Virus record (IMG/VR): IMGVR_UViG_3300020431_000008
Location: 1-64,000 of that record
DNA: 64,000 nt
Strand: one strand, 5' to 3'
DNA from: a virus
Taxonomy: Duplodnaviria; Caudoviricetes
Under the pieces are notes generated by a model. It did no database searches, was not told the origin of the DNA, and saw nothing but the letters and a program-made list of their open reading frames with translations. The position numbers and the translations under genes are program-made. Within the stretch, counting starts at the first letter, position 1. Every line of letters starts with the position of its first letter. Below are positions 15,513 to 24,460 of this stretch, piece after piece.

Positions 15513-16558
15513 TATACCAACTCACATGCCTCCTGATAAATTTCTCTTATTACAGTTTGAATCACAGATTTGTCCAAATTAATCTCTGCTTCTTCAATAT
15601 ATCTATTCAAGATAGAAAGTGTATCTTCTGTTTGGAGATCTTCATTATCTGCATCATACCATCCACTAAAATCAAAGTTCTCAACAATCTTCAATTCAGC
15701 AACACCTGCAGAATATAGTTTATCAATAAATTTTTCAAACTGTGTAGGATTAGTCTTATTTTTTACAATCACCTTCACTATTTTATTCTCATAAGGTCTT
15801 GTATCAAATATTTGATGATCGTCATCATCATAGTAAATGTTTTTGAATAGTTGATATGGATTATCTACTGGAGTTTGTTCCAGAGTCTCTGTATCAAAGA
15901 AGTGGAATCCTCTCCTATCACCAACATCGTTCCAGAACATCTCATATGGGTTTCCGAGATAGAAGACTGTTCCATTATCTGATCTTGTATGGTAGTGACC
16001 AGAGAACACTTTAGTGAACTTCTCAAATAGTTTGCTCTCCAAACCATGATCCATGACGATTTGTTTATTAACTCTAAATCCTGAGAGCTCAAGGTGCCCC
16101 ATCGCACACTTGCTATTTGTATTTTGAATAAGTTTAAGAGTCTCTTTCTGATTTTCTTCATTAATCCAAGGTATGAATAGTGTTTTTAGTTTACCTAGTT
16201 TGACTTCTGTTGCTGAAGAGTACACCTTTATATTGTCATACTCTTTCAGCAAAAGATCAATAGCATTGATATCGTTTGTATTCTTATAATATGCATCATG
16301 ATTGCCAACCATCAAGTGCATAGTAATACCTCTGTCTTTAAGAGGATCGAATACAACTCTTTTTGCCCACTTCAAAGCTTTAAATTCAATACCTTTTCTA
16401 CTATCAAAAGCATCACCCATGTGAACAACAGTAGTAATGCCTTCTTTATCTAGAGATGGAAAGAATACATCATTGTAAAACTGTTCAAAGTAATCATGAA
16501 ATAGTTTGGAACCTTTTCTGGCTCCATAGTGAGTATCTGTGATAATAGCAATCTTCAT
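15512..16558 (-). CDS. gp47: Recombination endonuclease nuclease subunit gp47 (Mre11-like)
   Basis: ITDTHYG, GDAFD, GNHD, SGHYH phosphoesterase motifs. Confidence 0.97.
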   Translation of the reverse strand: MKIAIITDTHYGARKGSKLFHDYFEQFYNDVFFPSLDKEGITTVVHMGDAFDSRKGIEFKALKWAKRVVFDPLKDRGITMHLMVGNHDAYYKNTNDINAIDLLLKEYDNIKVYSSATEVKLGKLKTLFIPWINEENQKETLKLIQNTNSKCAMGHLELSGFRVNKQIVMDHGLESKLFEKFTKVFSGHYHTRSDNGTVFYLGNPYEMFWNDVGDRRGFHFFDTETLEQTPVDNPYQLFKNIYYDDDDHQIFDTRPYENKIVKVIVKNKTNPTQFEKFIDKLYSAGVAELKIVENFDFSGWYDADNEDLQTEDTLSILNRYIEEAEINLDKSVIQTVIREIYQEACELV

Positions 16559-17064
16559 TATTGATATCTAAGTTTGCTATGGACAGCATCTTTGATACTG
16601 TTATACTCTGAATAGTTTCCACTGTCAAGGTCATTAGCATCAAAGACTTCATCAAAATCTGTCCTTTCAAGGATTTTGTTCTTGATTTCTAGTTGCTTCT
16701 TCTCTTGTGAAATTCTTCTCAAGAATGCATAGTAGATAATCTGAGTAAAATAAGCAAATGGATTCTTAGATTTCTCTGGATTAAAGTTATGAATATATCT
16801 CACACAATTCTCAATACCATCACAGATCATATCATCCTTGAACATGTAGTTCACAAAGTTAGGTTTATATGAAAGATGATTGGCGATCTTCAGAAAACAC
16901 TCACCAACATACCTAGGGATCCGTGGTTTAGGTTTATCATTCAACTTTGCTTTCTCTACATCTAAGGCATATGCTTCTAGAGCAGCAAGAAACTCTTTGT
17001 TATTGACATAGTGTTCTGACTTCTTAGGTCTAGGCATGACTGTATACGCTTTAGAGAAACCCAT
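16558..17064 (-). CDS. gp55: Late-transcription sigma factor gp55
   Basis: HYVNNKEFL...KIANHLSYKPNFVNYMFKDDMICDGIENC...KSKNPFAYFTQIIYYAFLRRI. Confidence 0.97.
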   Translation of the reverse strand: MGFSKAYTVMPRPKKSEHYVNNKEFLAALEAYALDVEKAKLNDKPKPRIPRYVGECFLKIANHLSYKPNFVNYMFKDDMICDGIENCVRYIHNFNPEKSKNPFAYFTQIIYYAFLRRISQEKKQLEIKNKILERTDFDEVFDANDLDSGNYSEYNSIKDAVHSKLRYQ

Positions 17065-17073
17065 AATGATACT

Positions 17074-17144
17074 TTATCTGTTCATATTATAACAGATAAT
17101 TGAATAGTTGACAACCTAGTGAATCTGATATAGACTAGGTTTGT
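17074..17144. promoter_or_regulatory. Sigma70 promoter of gp55, with an overlapping divergent promoter and two inverted repeats
   Basis: Minus: TTGTCA(17109-17114)-17-TATAAT(17086-17091). Plus: TTGACA(17108-17113)-17-TAGACT(17131-17136). IRs TTATCTGTT/AACAGATAA and ACAACCTAGT/ACTAGGTTTGT. Confidence 0.75.
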
Positions 17145-17163
17145 CCTGGATGAAAGATAAGTT

Positions 17164-17550
17164 CTAGCTTGATTCGTAAAGCTTCTCTAAAACTTCCTTT
17201 GCATCATTAACAGAAGATAGATAACCCATCTTTCTATCTAATTTAGAATGATTATTCTTATTTGATTTACGAACATATTCTTGATAATAAAGAATCATCT
17301 CAATATCTTCTGATTCAGACATAGTAAGAACATCTTCAAGATTTATAACAAACATATCTTCCTTAGTTGTTTTTAACCAGGGTTCAAACTTGTAACCAGT
17401 TACTTTACCTCTCATCATAATCTCTTCAATCACAATTGGATTAGAGACTAAAAGCATTGTTCTATCATCTTCTTCTGAAGCTGCTACCTTTGCAAATACT
17501 TCATCACCACATTTAAACTTGATAGTGCAATAGAAATCATCTTCGATCAT
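17164..17550 (-). CDS. Conserved hypothetical cyanophage protein
   Basis: ORF track, 128 aa; usual uvsW-gp55 position. Confidence 0.8.
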   Translation of the reverse strand: MIEDDFYCTIKFKCGDEVFAKVAASEEDDRTMLLVSNPIVIEEIMMRGKVTGYKFEPWLKTTKEDMFVINLEDVLTMSESEDIEMILYYQEYVRKSNKNNHSKLDRKMGYLSSVNDAKEVLEKLYESS

Positions 17551-17565
17551 GCACTTCCTCCTTTT

Positions 17566-19029
17566 CTATTCTTTTATGTTAATTGATATAATGTCATAGT
17601 TGAATTGCTCCTGGACATATATTTTCACTCTTTCTATAAAGTGATTTAATGTGTAGTTTTTCCTTGATCCTAGAGTTAGATCATCAGCAATATCATATAG
17701 TTTTGCTTTCACTTTGTTTTTGCCTTTTCTTAGGACTCTACCAATAGACTGTAGATTACGAATTCTAGACTTTGATGGAGAGGCAAATATTACATTGTGA
17801 AGATTCTTGATATTGATTCCTGTACTGAATGTTCCATATGATGCAACAATAATTGCATCATTTTCTTGTTCTGTAATTTCTCTTACTTTTTCTCTATCTT
17901 CAGCACATACACCACCATGAATAAAGAAGACCTTTCTACCTTCCTTAACTTTTTTATTTAGCATTTCAAAAAGAATAGCACCATGTGATTCAACTCTACT
18001 GAATAGAATTAGACTATTGCCACTCAAATCATCAGCAAGATTTACTATGAATTTGCTTCTATTTTCATTGCCAATTATGAATTGAATTTCATCTTCATAA
18101 GTATCAAACTTCTTTGGTTTATACTTTAAAACTAAACACTGAATATCTAGTGTAGCAAGATGTCCTTCATCAATAAGTTTCTTAGTATGAGTGACTTTAT
18201 ACGAAGGACCAAAGAGACCCTCTAACACCCACTTATGGGTCTGTGTGCCATCTAAAGTTCCTGTGAACCCATATCTATACTTGGCATGGTGTAACTTATC
18301 CATGATTCCAATGAGAGACTTACTTTTAAAAAGATGAGCTTCATCTCCAATTATGACATCGTAATCTTCAAAAAATGATCTATCCAATTGATATACAGAT
18401 TGCCAAGTTGTAATAGTAACTTCACTAGTATTAATTCTCTCTCTACCAGCATAGATCCTATGACAGTGATTCTCAGCATCCCACCCATAGTCCTGGAAGT
18501 CCTTGAACATCTGCTCTACAAGAGATGTAGTGGGTACTACTAAGAGTATCTTTTTACTAGAATTTACAAAATATCTCACAATAGTGTAAATCATAAATGA
18601 CTTACCAGATGCTGTAGGAGATATAAGAAGTTTCCTATTATATCTTAGAGCATCATTTACAGCTTCAATTTGATAATCTCTTGGTTTGAGGTGAGTAATA
18701 GAACTCATAAAGTCCTTTACTCCCTCTTCTGAGATCATATCATTGACTTCAAATGGGAGACCATAAAACTTATTTGGTTCAAATTTATATGAATAACCTG
18801 CGTTCTCGCAAAATGCTACAACCTTATCTAGAAGACCAACATAGATCCTCTTAGTCTTCATATTGAATAAGTGAACATATCCATCCCAGTATTTGCTTCT
18901 ATACTGAGGCATGAATTTCTTATTAGGAACCTCAAATGTGAATCTATCTCTCAGTTCATGCTCTACATGAGGTTCAGTTGTAATCTTCAGGTAAACTTCA
19001 TTTACCTTCTCTATCACCAGATCAGACAT
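17566..19029 (-). CDS. uvsW: UvsW SF2 helicase
   Basis: PRDYQ, SPTASGKS, DEAH, GFTGT, QSIGRVLR. Confidence 0.97.
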   Translation of the reverse strand: MSDLVIEKVNEVYLKITTEPHVEHELRDRFTFEVPNKKFMPQYRSKYWDGYVHLFNMKTKRIYVGLLDKVVAFCENAGYSYKFEPNKFYGLPFEVNDMISEEGVKDFMSSITHLKPRDYQIEAVNDALRYNRKLLISPTASGKSFMIYTIVRYFVNSSKKILLVVPTTSLVEQMFKDFQDYGWDAENHCHRIYAGRERINTSEVTITTWQSVYQLDRSFFEDYDVIIGDEAHLFKSKSLIGIMDKLHHAKYRYGFTGTLDGTQTHKWVLEGLFGPSYKVTHTKKLIDEGHLATLDIQCLVLKYKPKKFDTYEDEIQFIIGNENRSKFIVNLADDLSGNSLILFSRVESHGAILFEMLNKKVKEGRKVFFIHGGVCAEDREKVREITEQENDAIIVASYGTFSTGINIKNLHNVIFASPSKSRIRNLQSIGRVLRKGKNKVKAKLYDIADDLTLGSRKNYTLNHFIERVKIYVQEQFNYDIISINIKE

Positions 19030-19055
19030 AATATAATCCTACCTGGTATTATTTA

Positions 19056-19238
19056 TTAGTAGTTCTCAAACTGATGTTCTAAAATAATTCTATAAAAATT
19101 ATCTCTCATAGCAATAAGTTCTACCTGCTCATGTGGTTCCCCACCAGGCCATTTTTGAACAGCAATAGTTAGACCCTTATGTATTATACGAATTCCTTCA
19201 ATAGGAGTTTCTATATTATAGTAACTGTCTTCATCCAT
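19056..19238 (-). CDS. Hypothetical protein (60 aa)
   Basis: ORF track; TAATG overlap with uvsY. Confidence 0.65.
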   Translation of the reverse strand: MDEDSYYNIETPIEGIRIIHKGLTIAVQKWPGGEPHEQVELIAMRDNFYRIILEHQFENY

Positions 19239-19672
19239 TATCCTAGTCCAGAACTGAATTTCATATATTCTATGGCGTTCTTTATTTGGTAAGTTCTATT
19301 GGTAATTTGCTTAAGTATCTCCTCAATAAACTTCAACATGACTTCGTAGTATTCTATTTTTAATGAAAGTCCTGAGAGTTTTGTATCTGCATCCAAATAC
19401 TTTTGCATAGTGTCTTTATCTCTAATTTTTTTAGGAAAGGGACTCTCAATGTATACATCTGGATCTGCTTTTCCAGAATAATATTCATATCTTTCATGCC
19501 TAATATTTTTTCTTTGTTGCTCTGCTTTCTTTCTTAGAAGCATTAAGTTATTATATATGTCATAATATTTTGAATGTAGTACAGGTATATTAAGAGACTC
19601 AGTATGAAGATTATCTGGATCAATTTTTGAGTCACCTGCCCACATGTTTTGGAGTGTATCCAAGTCAATCAT
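19238..19672 (-). CDS. uvsY: UvsY recombination mediator
   Basis: W..DSKID...LHTESLNIPVLHSKY...YYSGKA...NRTYQIKNAIE; start trimmed to MIDLD. Confidence 0.93.
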   Translation of the reverse strand: MIDLDTLQNMWAGDSKIDPDNLHTESLNIPVLHSKYYDIYNNLMLLRKKAEQQRKNIRHERYEYYSGKADPDVYIESPFPKKIRDKDTMQKYLDADTKLSGLSLKIEYYEVMLKFIEEILKQITNRTYQIKNAIEYMKFSSGLG

Positions 19673-20301
19673 TAACAGCAACCAATATCACGAATATGGT
19701 ATATAGTATACTTGAATCTAACCTCTGCTGTAAAGTATTGAACATCAGGAACTGTAGCGTCAAATTCAATTGTGCTTAATGAATAGGGAAATAAGTCTTC
19801 AAATACAACTTTAAAATTAGGATTATTCATTGAATCCAAGACAGTAAGAGTTCCATCTGAATATATGTTCATTCCAGTTTGATATTCTGGATTAGAAACA
19901 CCAACAGTTTCTTCTTGGAGTTTATAGATTTGCTTTAGATCTTCAGGAAAACCTATCCCCCTAATCCAATTCTGCATCTCCATATAATTTGACAGATCTT
20001 CATCAACTAAAAATCTAAATGTCAAATCCTCAAAGTCGATGACATCACCTGGTTGAGGAATTTCCTTCAGGTAAGTAGGTTGAGATGTTGTTCTCAACTC
20101 TAATGAAGGTATATTGACTGCATTGCCAAAGTAAGAAACATTAGGTGCTCTAGTCACCTGAAATTTAAACCCTTGTGGTTGTAAGAAATTTCTATTTTCT
20201 ATCTGACTACGAGATAGATTAGCATTAGTCCTAGTAGGAACTCTTTTTCTAATCTGTGCTGCAGTTGCTGTGGGTTTTAGATTGGGATTACCAGATGCCA
20301 T
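19672..20301 (-). CDS. gp3: Tail tube terminator / completion protein gp3
   Basis: NRNFLQPQGFKF, FRFLVDEDLSNYMEM..WI, FEDLFPYSLS...FKYT; T4 position between gp23 and uvsY. Confidence 0.88.
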   Translation of the reverse strand: MASGNPNLKPTATAAQIRKRVPTRTNANLSRSQIENRNFLQPQGFKFQVTRAPNVSYFGNAVNIPSLELRTTSQPTYLKEIPQPGDVIDFEDLTFRFLVDEDLSNYMEMQNWIRGIGFPEDLKQIYKLQEETVGVSNPEYQTGMNIYSDGTLTVLDSMNNPNFKVVFEDLFPYSLSTIEFDATVPDVQYFTAEVRFKYTIYHIRDIGCC

Positions 20302-20330
20302 ATCCTTTCTAATTATTTATGTGAAGACGT

Positions 20331-20358
20331 AAAAAAGGAGACCCTTTTGGAGTCTCCT
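20331..20358 (-). terminator. Intrinsic terminator after gp23
   Basis: Minus strand AGGAGAC-TCCAAAAGG-GTCTCCT-TTTT; late promoter CATAAATA at 20314-20321 follows. Confidence 0.85.
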
Positions 20359-20383
20359 GTAAGATGTGCTTAAAGCACCTGAC

Positions 20384-21802
20384 TCACATCAGGTTCTTCA
20401 CAGCAACTCTTCTGTAGTAACGGTTCTGGTTGACACCAAGTCTTCCCATTCCCTGATTGGTTCCTTCTGCGAAGGGGTTAGCAACAAGACCATATCTGGT
20501 CTTAAAGCCAATTTTGGGTTGGAAGCTGTTCTCACCAACGGCTCTCACCATTTGGAGAGGAACATAAGGACAATAGAACAGACCTGCATCATAAGGGGAA
20601 GAACCCTTATAACCAACAACATAGTACTGGTTGCCACCAGATGTGTTGGTGGGGGTCAGGTTTGCAGAATATGGGTCAATGTAGACTCTGAACTTACCAT
20701 TGATTGTTCCAGCAAAGGTGTTGCCAGTGTCATCAACATTCAGGTTTGCATTCAATGCAGGGGTGTAATCAAGGATACCAGCCATGGTCAGTGCAGAAGC
20801 AACGTCTGCAGAGCACATGACAATGTTGCCTTTCCCTCTACGTGTTCTTTGAGCGATTGCATTAGCATCTCTCTCAATCTGGAAAAGAAGTCCTTTGAAC
20901 TTCTCAACAGACCATCTACCATTGGAGTCAATGTCAAGGTCAAATGTACCAGCAGTGGCAGTGTTTGTAACAGCACCCTGTTCAGCAACCTTGTAGATTG
21001 TTCTGATGACTTCTCTGTTGATCTCAGCAAGGATCTCAGTGGAGAGAATGTTAGCAAGTTCTGCTTCAGCATTAAGACCATGAATTGCCTTAAGGTCTTG
21101 TGCCAGTTCCAAGGAGTACTCTGCTTTCAGAGCTCTTGACTTAGCAGTAACAGTGACTTTCTCAATAGAGAATGCCATCTGGTTGAAGGCATTGCCTGCA
21201 GCACCATCAAGTGCTTCAGCATCACCAGTCTGCATCCCCTGACCAACATTATATGCTGTGGAGGAAGCAGAACCAACTGGGTTCAGGACAGAAGGATTAG
21301 GTCCTCTCTGTGCAGTTGTACCCATACCAGCATTGGTATCGGATTGTCCACCAGTGAGGTCAAATCCAGCATCCTGACCAGAGAATGCAGAATTAACTTC
21401 ATTGTAGAATGTCTCATCACCACTCTGATTGGTGTAGCGAGAGCGCATTGCAAAGATCAGTCCAGTAGGACCAGACATTGGCTGAACACCAGCAAGGTCA
21501 TAAGCGACCAAGTTGGGCATTGAGCGTCTGATCAAAGAGATCAGGACTGGATCAAAACCAGCAACAGGACCTGTTGAGGTTGCATCACCACTGAAACCAG
21601 CAGGGTTAGACCCAGCAGAGTTAGTGGGAGATTCCATCAGGTTTCCACCTGAATTGAATGCTGATTCCTCTCTGAGGAATTTTTCTTGGTTCTCTAGCAG
21701 GACTGCGGTCACTGCTCTTCTGTGATTGTCCTTGATTGAATCAAGACCTTCATAGTCCAGAAGAGGTGCCCACTTTTCCTGCAATTGTTCAGATTGGAAC
21801 AT
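20384..21802 (-). CDS. gp23: Major capsid protein gp23
   Basis: KWAPLLD, AGFDPVLISLIRR, GVQPMSGPTGLIFAMR, RALKAEYSLELAQDLKAIHGL, FYCPYVPL, GFKTRYG. Confidence 0.99.
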   Translation of the reverse strand: MFQSEQLQEKWAPLLDYEGLDSIKDNHRRAVTAVLLENQEKFLREESAFNSGGNLMESPTNSAGSNPAGFSGDATSTGPVAGFDPVLISLIRRSMPNLVAYDLAGVQPMSGPTGLIFAMRSRYTNQSGDETFYNEVNSAFSGQDAGFDLTGGQSDTNAGMGTTAQRGPNPSVLNPVGSASSTAYNVGQGMQTGDAEALDGAAGNAFNQMAFSIEKVTVTAKSRALKAEYSLELAQDLKAIHGLNAEAELANILSTEILAEINREVIRTIYKVAEQGAVTNTATAGTFDLDIDSNGRWSVEKFKGLLFQIERDANAIAQRTRRGKGNIVMCSADVASALTMAGILDYTPALNANLNVDDTGNTFAGTINGKFRVYIDPYSANLTPTNTSGGNQYYVVGYKGSSPYDAGLFYCPYVPLQMVRAVGENSFQPKIGFKTRYGLVANPFAEGTNQGMGRLGVNQNRYYRRVAVKNLM

Positions 21803-21849
21803 TTGCTTTACCTATTGTTAAAAGTTATTTGGTTTGAATTGTATAAAAT

Positions 21850-22929
21850 TCAATTTTGCTTGAAAGCACCCAGTGCTCTCATGTATGACTCCATCCCCTG
21901 TGAAACAGGAGCGGTTGTGCTGTCTACACCCTCAGAAAGGGTTTGAGTAGCAGGGGTAGATGCTTTAGCAGCTGGAGTTCTGGAGAAGTAAGACTCCTTC
22001 AGTGTTTCCAACTTTTCACGATACTCTTGCTCACATTCAAACTCAACACTTTCAGCAAGTGAGGCGAGCTTTTCTTTTTGAGTCTGTGCAAGACCCTCAG
22101 AAACTTGATCAAGAACAGAATCAGCAGTAGACTCAGCGAGTCTCTTGTTTAATCCAATATTCTTGTCAATTTGCTCATTGAGCTTGGTCTCCATTTCATC
22201 AAGTTTTTCTACCATGCTTTCTAGTACATCATATTTTTCTTCAGGGATTGTTACATAATGTTCTTCAAAAAGACCTCTCATTCCTGTAAGGAATGATTCA
22301 GTCAGTTCAGTCTTAAGACCTGCTTCAACAGCAAGTTCATTCTCAGTCATCCACTCTTCGCAGACATACTCAAGATATGCATCAACTCTATCAGTCAATG
22401 TTTCCTTAAGACCTTCTTTTTCTTCTTTTAGTGCTTGCTCATATTGAGCTTCCAGGGTTTCCTGGATTTCTTTAATCTTAGAATTCAGAGCAGCTTCAAA
22501 GATGACCTTTGCTTTTTCCCTGAACTCTTCGGAGAGTTCTTCACCACCCAACAATGCATTGACATCTTCTTCAATGTCAATACCATCATCAAGCACTTCC
22601 TCTTCAACAGTTTCCTCTTCAGAAACTTGGTCCTCTTCAAGAACTTCTTCCTCAGTGGAATCAATTTCTTCTTTGGCCATTTTCTTCATTGGGTCTGCTG
22701 CTTTGGCACCCTTATTTACTATGTCTTTGACAGTAGCAATTTTGGGTTCTCTTAGTTTTGCTGAATCATTATCTGGTTTGTAGTTCTCAGGAGTAGGACC
22801 TCCCAAATCTTCTACCGAACCTAGCTGAGTACCTGGATCAGCCATTTTAGGCATTGATTCAGCAGGCTTAGCGTTCGCGTTCACAGCAGTCTTAGATTGC
22901 TCCATTTCTTGTAAATCTCCACGAGACAT
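21850..22929 (-). CDS. gp22: Prohead core scaffold gp22
   Basis: Acidic coiled coil, EEFREKAKVIFEAA, VDAYLEYV..EW..EN; upstream of gp23. Confidence 0.93.
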   Translation of the reverse strand: MSRGDLQEMEQSKTAVNANAKPAESMPKMADPGTQLGSVEDLGGPTPENYKPDNDSAKLREPKIATVKDIVNKGAKAADPMKKMAKEEIDSTEEEVLEEDQVSEEETVEEEVLDDGIDIEEDVNALLGGEELSEEFREKAKVIFEAALNSKIKEIQETLEAQYEQALKEEKEGLKETLTDRVDAYLEYVCEEWMTENELAVEAGLKTELTESFLTGMRGLFEEHYVTIPEEKYDVLESMVEKLDEMETKLNEQIDKNIGLNKRLAESTADSVLDQVSEGLAQTQKEKLASLAESVEFECEQEYREKLETLKESYFSRTPAAKASTPATQTLSEGVDSTTAPVSQGMESYMRALGAFKQN

Positions 22930-22967
22930 TTGAACTTACTCCGATTAACCTATGTATAATCTATATT

Positions 22968-22975
22968 TATTTATA
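22968..22975 (-). promoter_or_regulatory. Late promoter TATAAATA for gp22-gp23
   Basis: Exact T4 late consensus. Similar boxes precede other structural genes at about 19050, 24236, 24458, 26168, 29080, 31032, 32388, 35402, 40060, 42367 and 55383. Confidence 0.85.
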
Positions 22976-22996
22976 ATTATGATAACTCTGTTACAA

Positions 22997-23647
22997 TCAG
23001 AGATTGTTTAAGAAGTTATTGAACAGATCAAGCTTCTGCTCATCAAGTTGCTTTTTACTTACCAAAGTATTAATAGTTTTATATGTTTTGGCAGCTTGTT
23101 GTTCTCTAAGGATTCCTCCATCCCAGATCCAGTTCTTGCCTTCCATGATTCCTTCAACAAAAGCATCAGGTGCAGAAGGGTCTGCAACAATATCAGCAGC
23201 AGTAGAAAGCATAAAATCGTCACTAACGATATTTACTCCTTCTCTTGTCTGTTTAAGAGAACCAATTCCTCTAGAAGAAACTCCTAATTTGACTCCTTCA
23301 CTAATGAGGGATTCAGCAATCTTGCCCATTGGAGTACCAAGGATCTTTGCTTTACCAATAAAATTGTTGCCATTTTCCTTGAGTGAAACAATTTTATGAC
23401 TAACACGATCAAGATTAACTGTTGGTCCATCTGGATGTCCAAGTTCTCCAAGAGCTCTCCCAGAATTTACATGGTTTTCAGTGTACCTTTGGACTTCCTT
23501 TCTCAGGGTTTCCATGGGATACATACGACCATTTCTATTCTTGAGATCTCCCTGTAGGAATATTCCCTCAATAAACAGATTTTTTTTACCGTTTCTTTCT
23601 TCAACGATAAAATCAACTTTTTCTATTTCTTCTCTAATTAATTGCAT
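22997..23647 (-). CDS. gp21: Prohead protease gp21
   Basis: IEGIFLQ...NRNGRMYP, GELGHP, GVSSRGIGS, DIVADPSAPDA. Confidence 0.97.
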   Translation of the reverse strand: MQLIREEIEKVDFIVEERNGKKNLFIEGIFLQGDLKNRNGRMYPMETLRKEVQRYTENHVNSGRALGELGHPDGPTVNLDRVSHKIVSLKENGNNFIGKAKILGTPMGKIAESLISEGVKLGVSSRGIGSLKQTREGVNIVSDDFMLSTAADIVADPSAPDAFVEGIMEGKNWIWDGGILREQQAAKTYKTINTLVSKKQLDEQKLDLFNNFLNNL

Positions 23648-23658
23648 TGATTGTTACC

Positions 23659-24207
23659 TCAGGATACTTGTACTTGTTGGATAAAGACCTTCCCAGTTCC
23701 AGTCTCTGTTTTGACTGCAACTTTAAGTGACCTTCTTAAGGTTGCTCCTGCATCATTAAATCCAGCAGTTACAGAACTGGAGTCATGATCAACAGTAATT
23801 CTTGTATTATAGTATCCACTAATACCAGGAGTACTATCTACACTACTAACAATTTTATGAGAAAAATCATAAGTAGATGCATTCACCACTGTAAGACTTA
23901 CAGCATCACCCACTCCAAAAGGACTTCCTGTTCCTTCAGGGAAATCAATAATTGTTGAAGTACCAGTAGTAACACCAACAACTCTTTGAGAACCAACTGG
24001 TCCTATTGAAATAACTTCTGATTCAGTTGATGAAACATAGAAATTACTATTTGTTGCTGTTGGATTGGTGCCAATTGCAACATAGACACCAGATGTTTCT
24101 GCTAAAACTCTAATAGAGTCAGTTTTCTGAGGAATAGCAGCAGTTTGAGCAGATGCTGTGCTGGTAGCAGCAGTTATATTAACACCTACTGGCTTTAACG
24201 CAGACAT
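23659..24207 (-). CDS. Conserved hypothetical (probable virion) protein
   Basis: ORF track, 182 aa, beta-rich; CTAAATA late box upstream. Confidence 0.75.
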   Translation of the reverse strand: MSALKPVGVNITAATSTASAQTAAIPQKTDSIRVLAETSGVYVAIGTNPTATNSNFYVSSTESEVISIGPVGSQRVVGVTTGTSTIIDFPEGTGSPFGVGDAVSLTVVNASTYDFSHKIVSSVDSTPGISGYYNTRITVDHDSSSVTAGFNDAGATLRRSLKVAVKTETGTGKVFIQQVQVS

Positions 24208-24245
24208 TATTTTTAATTACAAGGTTTCTATACAATATTTAGTAT

Positions 24246-24434
24246 TTACTCTGATTCAACCTCAGAAGACTCATCACTTTCTACTCCTTGAATATCATCA
24301 AAGATAGAAGAGGCAACATTAGGTCTGATTGCTTCAATTCTTTCTGCTGATTTTGCAAACAACATATCTTTGATTTGATCACTAATTTGTGAAGGTGATT
24401 CATCTTTCACCATTGAATTCATTAATTCTTCCAT
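24246..24434 (-). CDS. Small acidic protein in the gp67 (prohead core) position
   Basis: ORF track, 62 aa; follows gp20; identity inferred from position only. Confidence 0.65.
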   Translation of the reverse strand: MEELMNSMVKDESPSQISDQIKDMLFAKSAERIEAIRPNVASSIFDDIQGVESDESSEVESE

Positions 24435-24460
24435 TGTCTATAAAATGACTTCTTTGTTAT

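Noticed and set aside
20366-21139. 257-aa plus-strand ORF opposite gp23, and the other plus-strand ORFs in the track
   Set aside because: All lie antisense to well-supported genes, have no recognisable motifs, and are expected shadows of codon bias.
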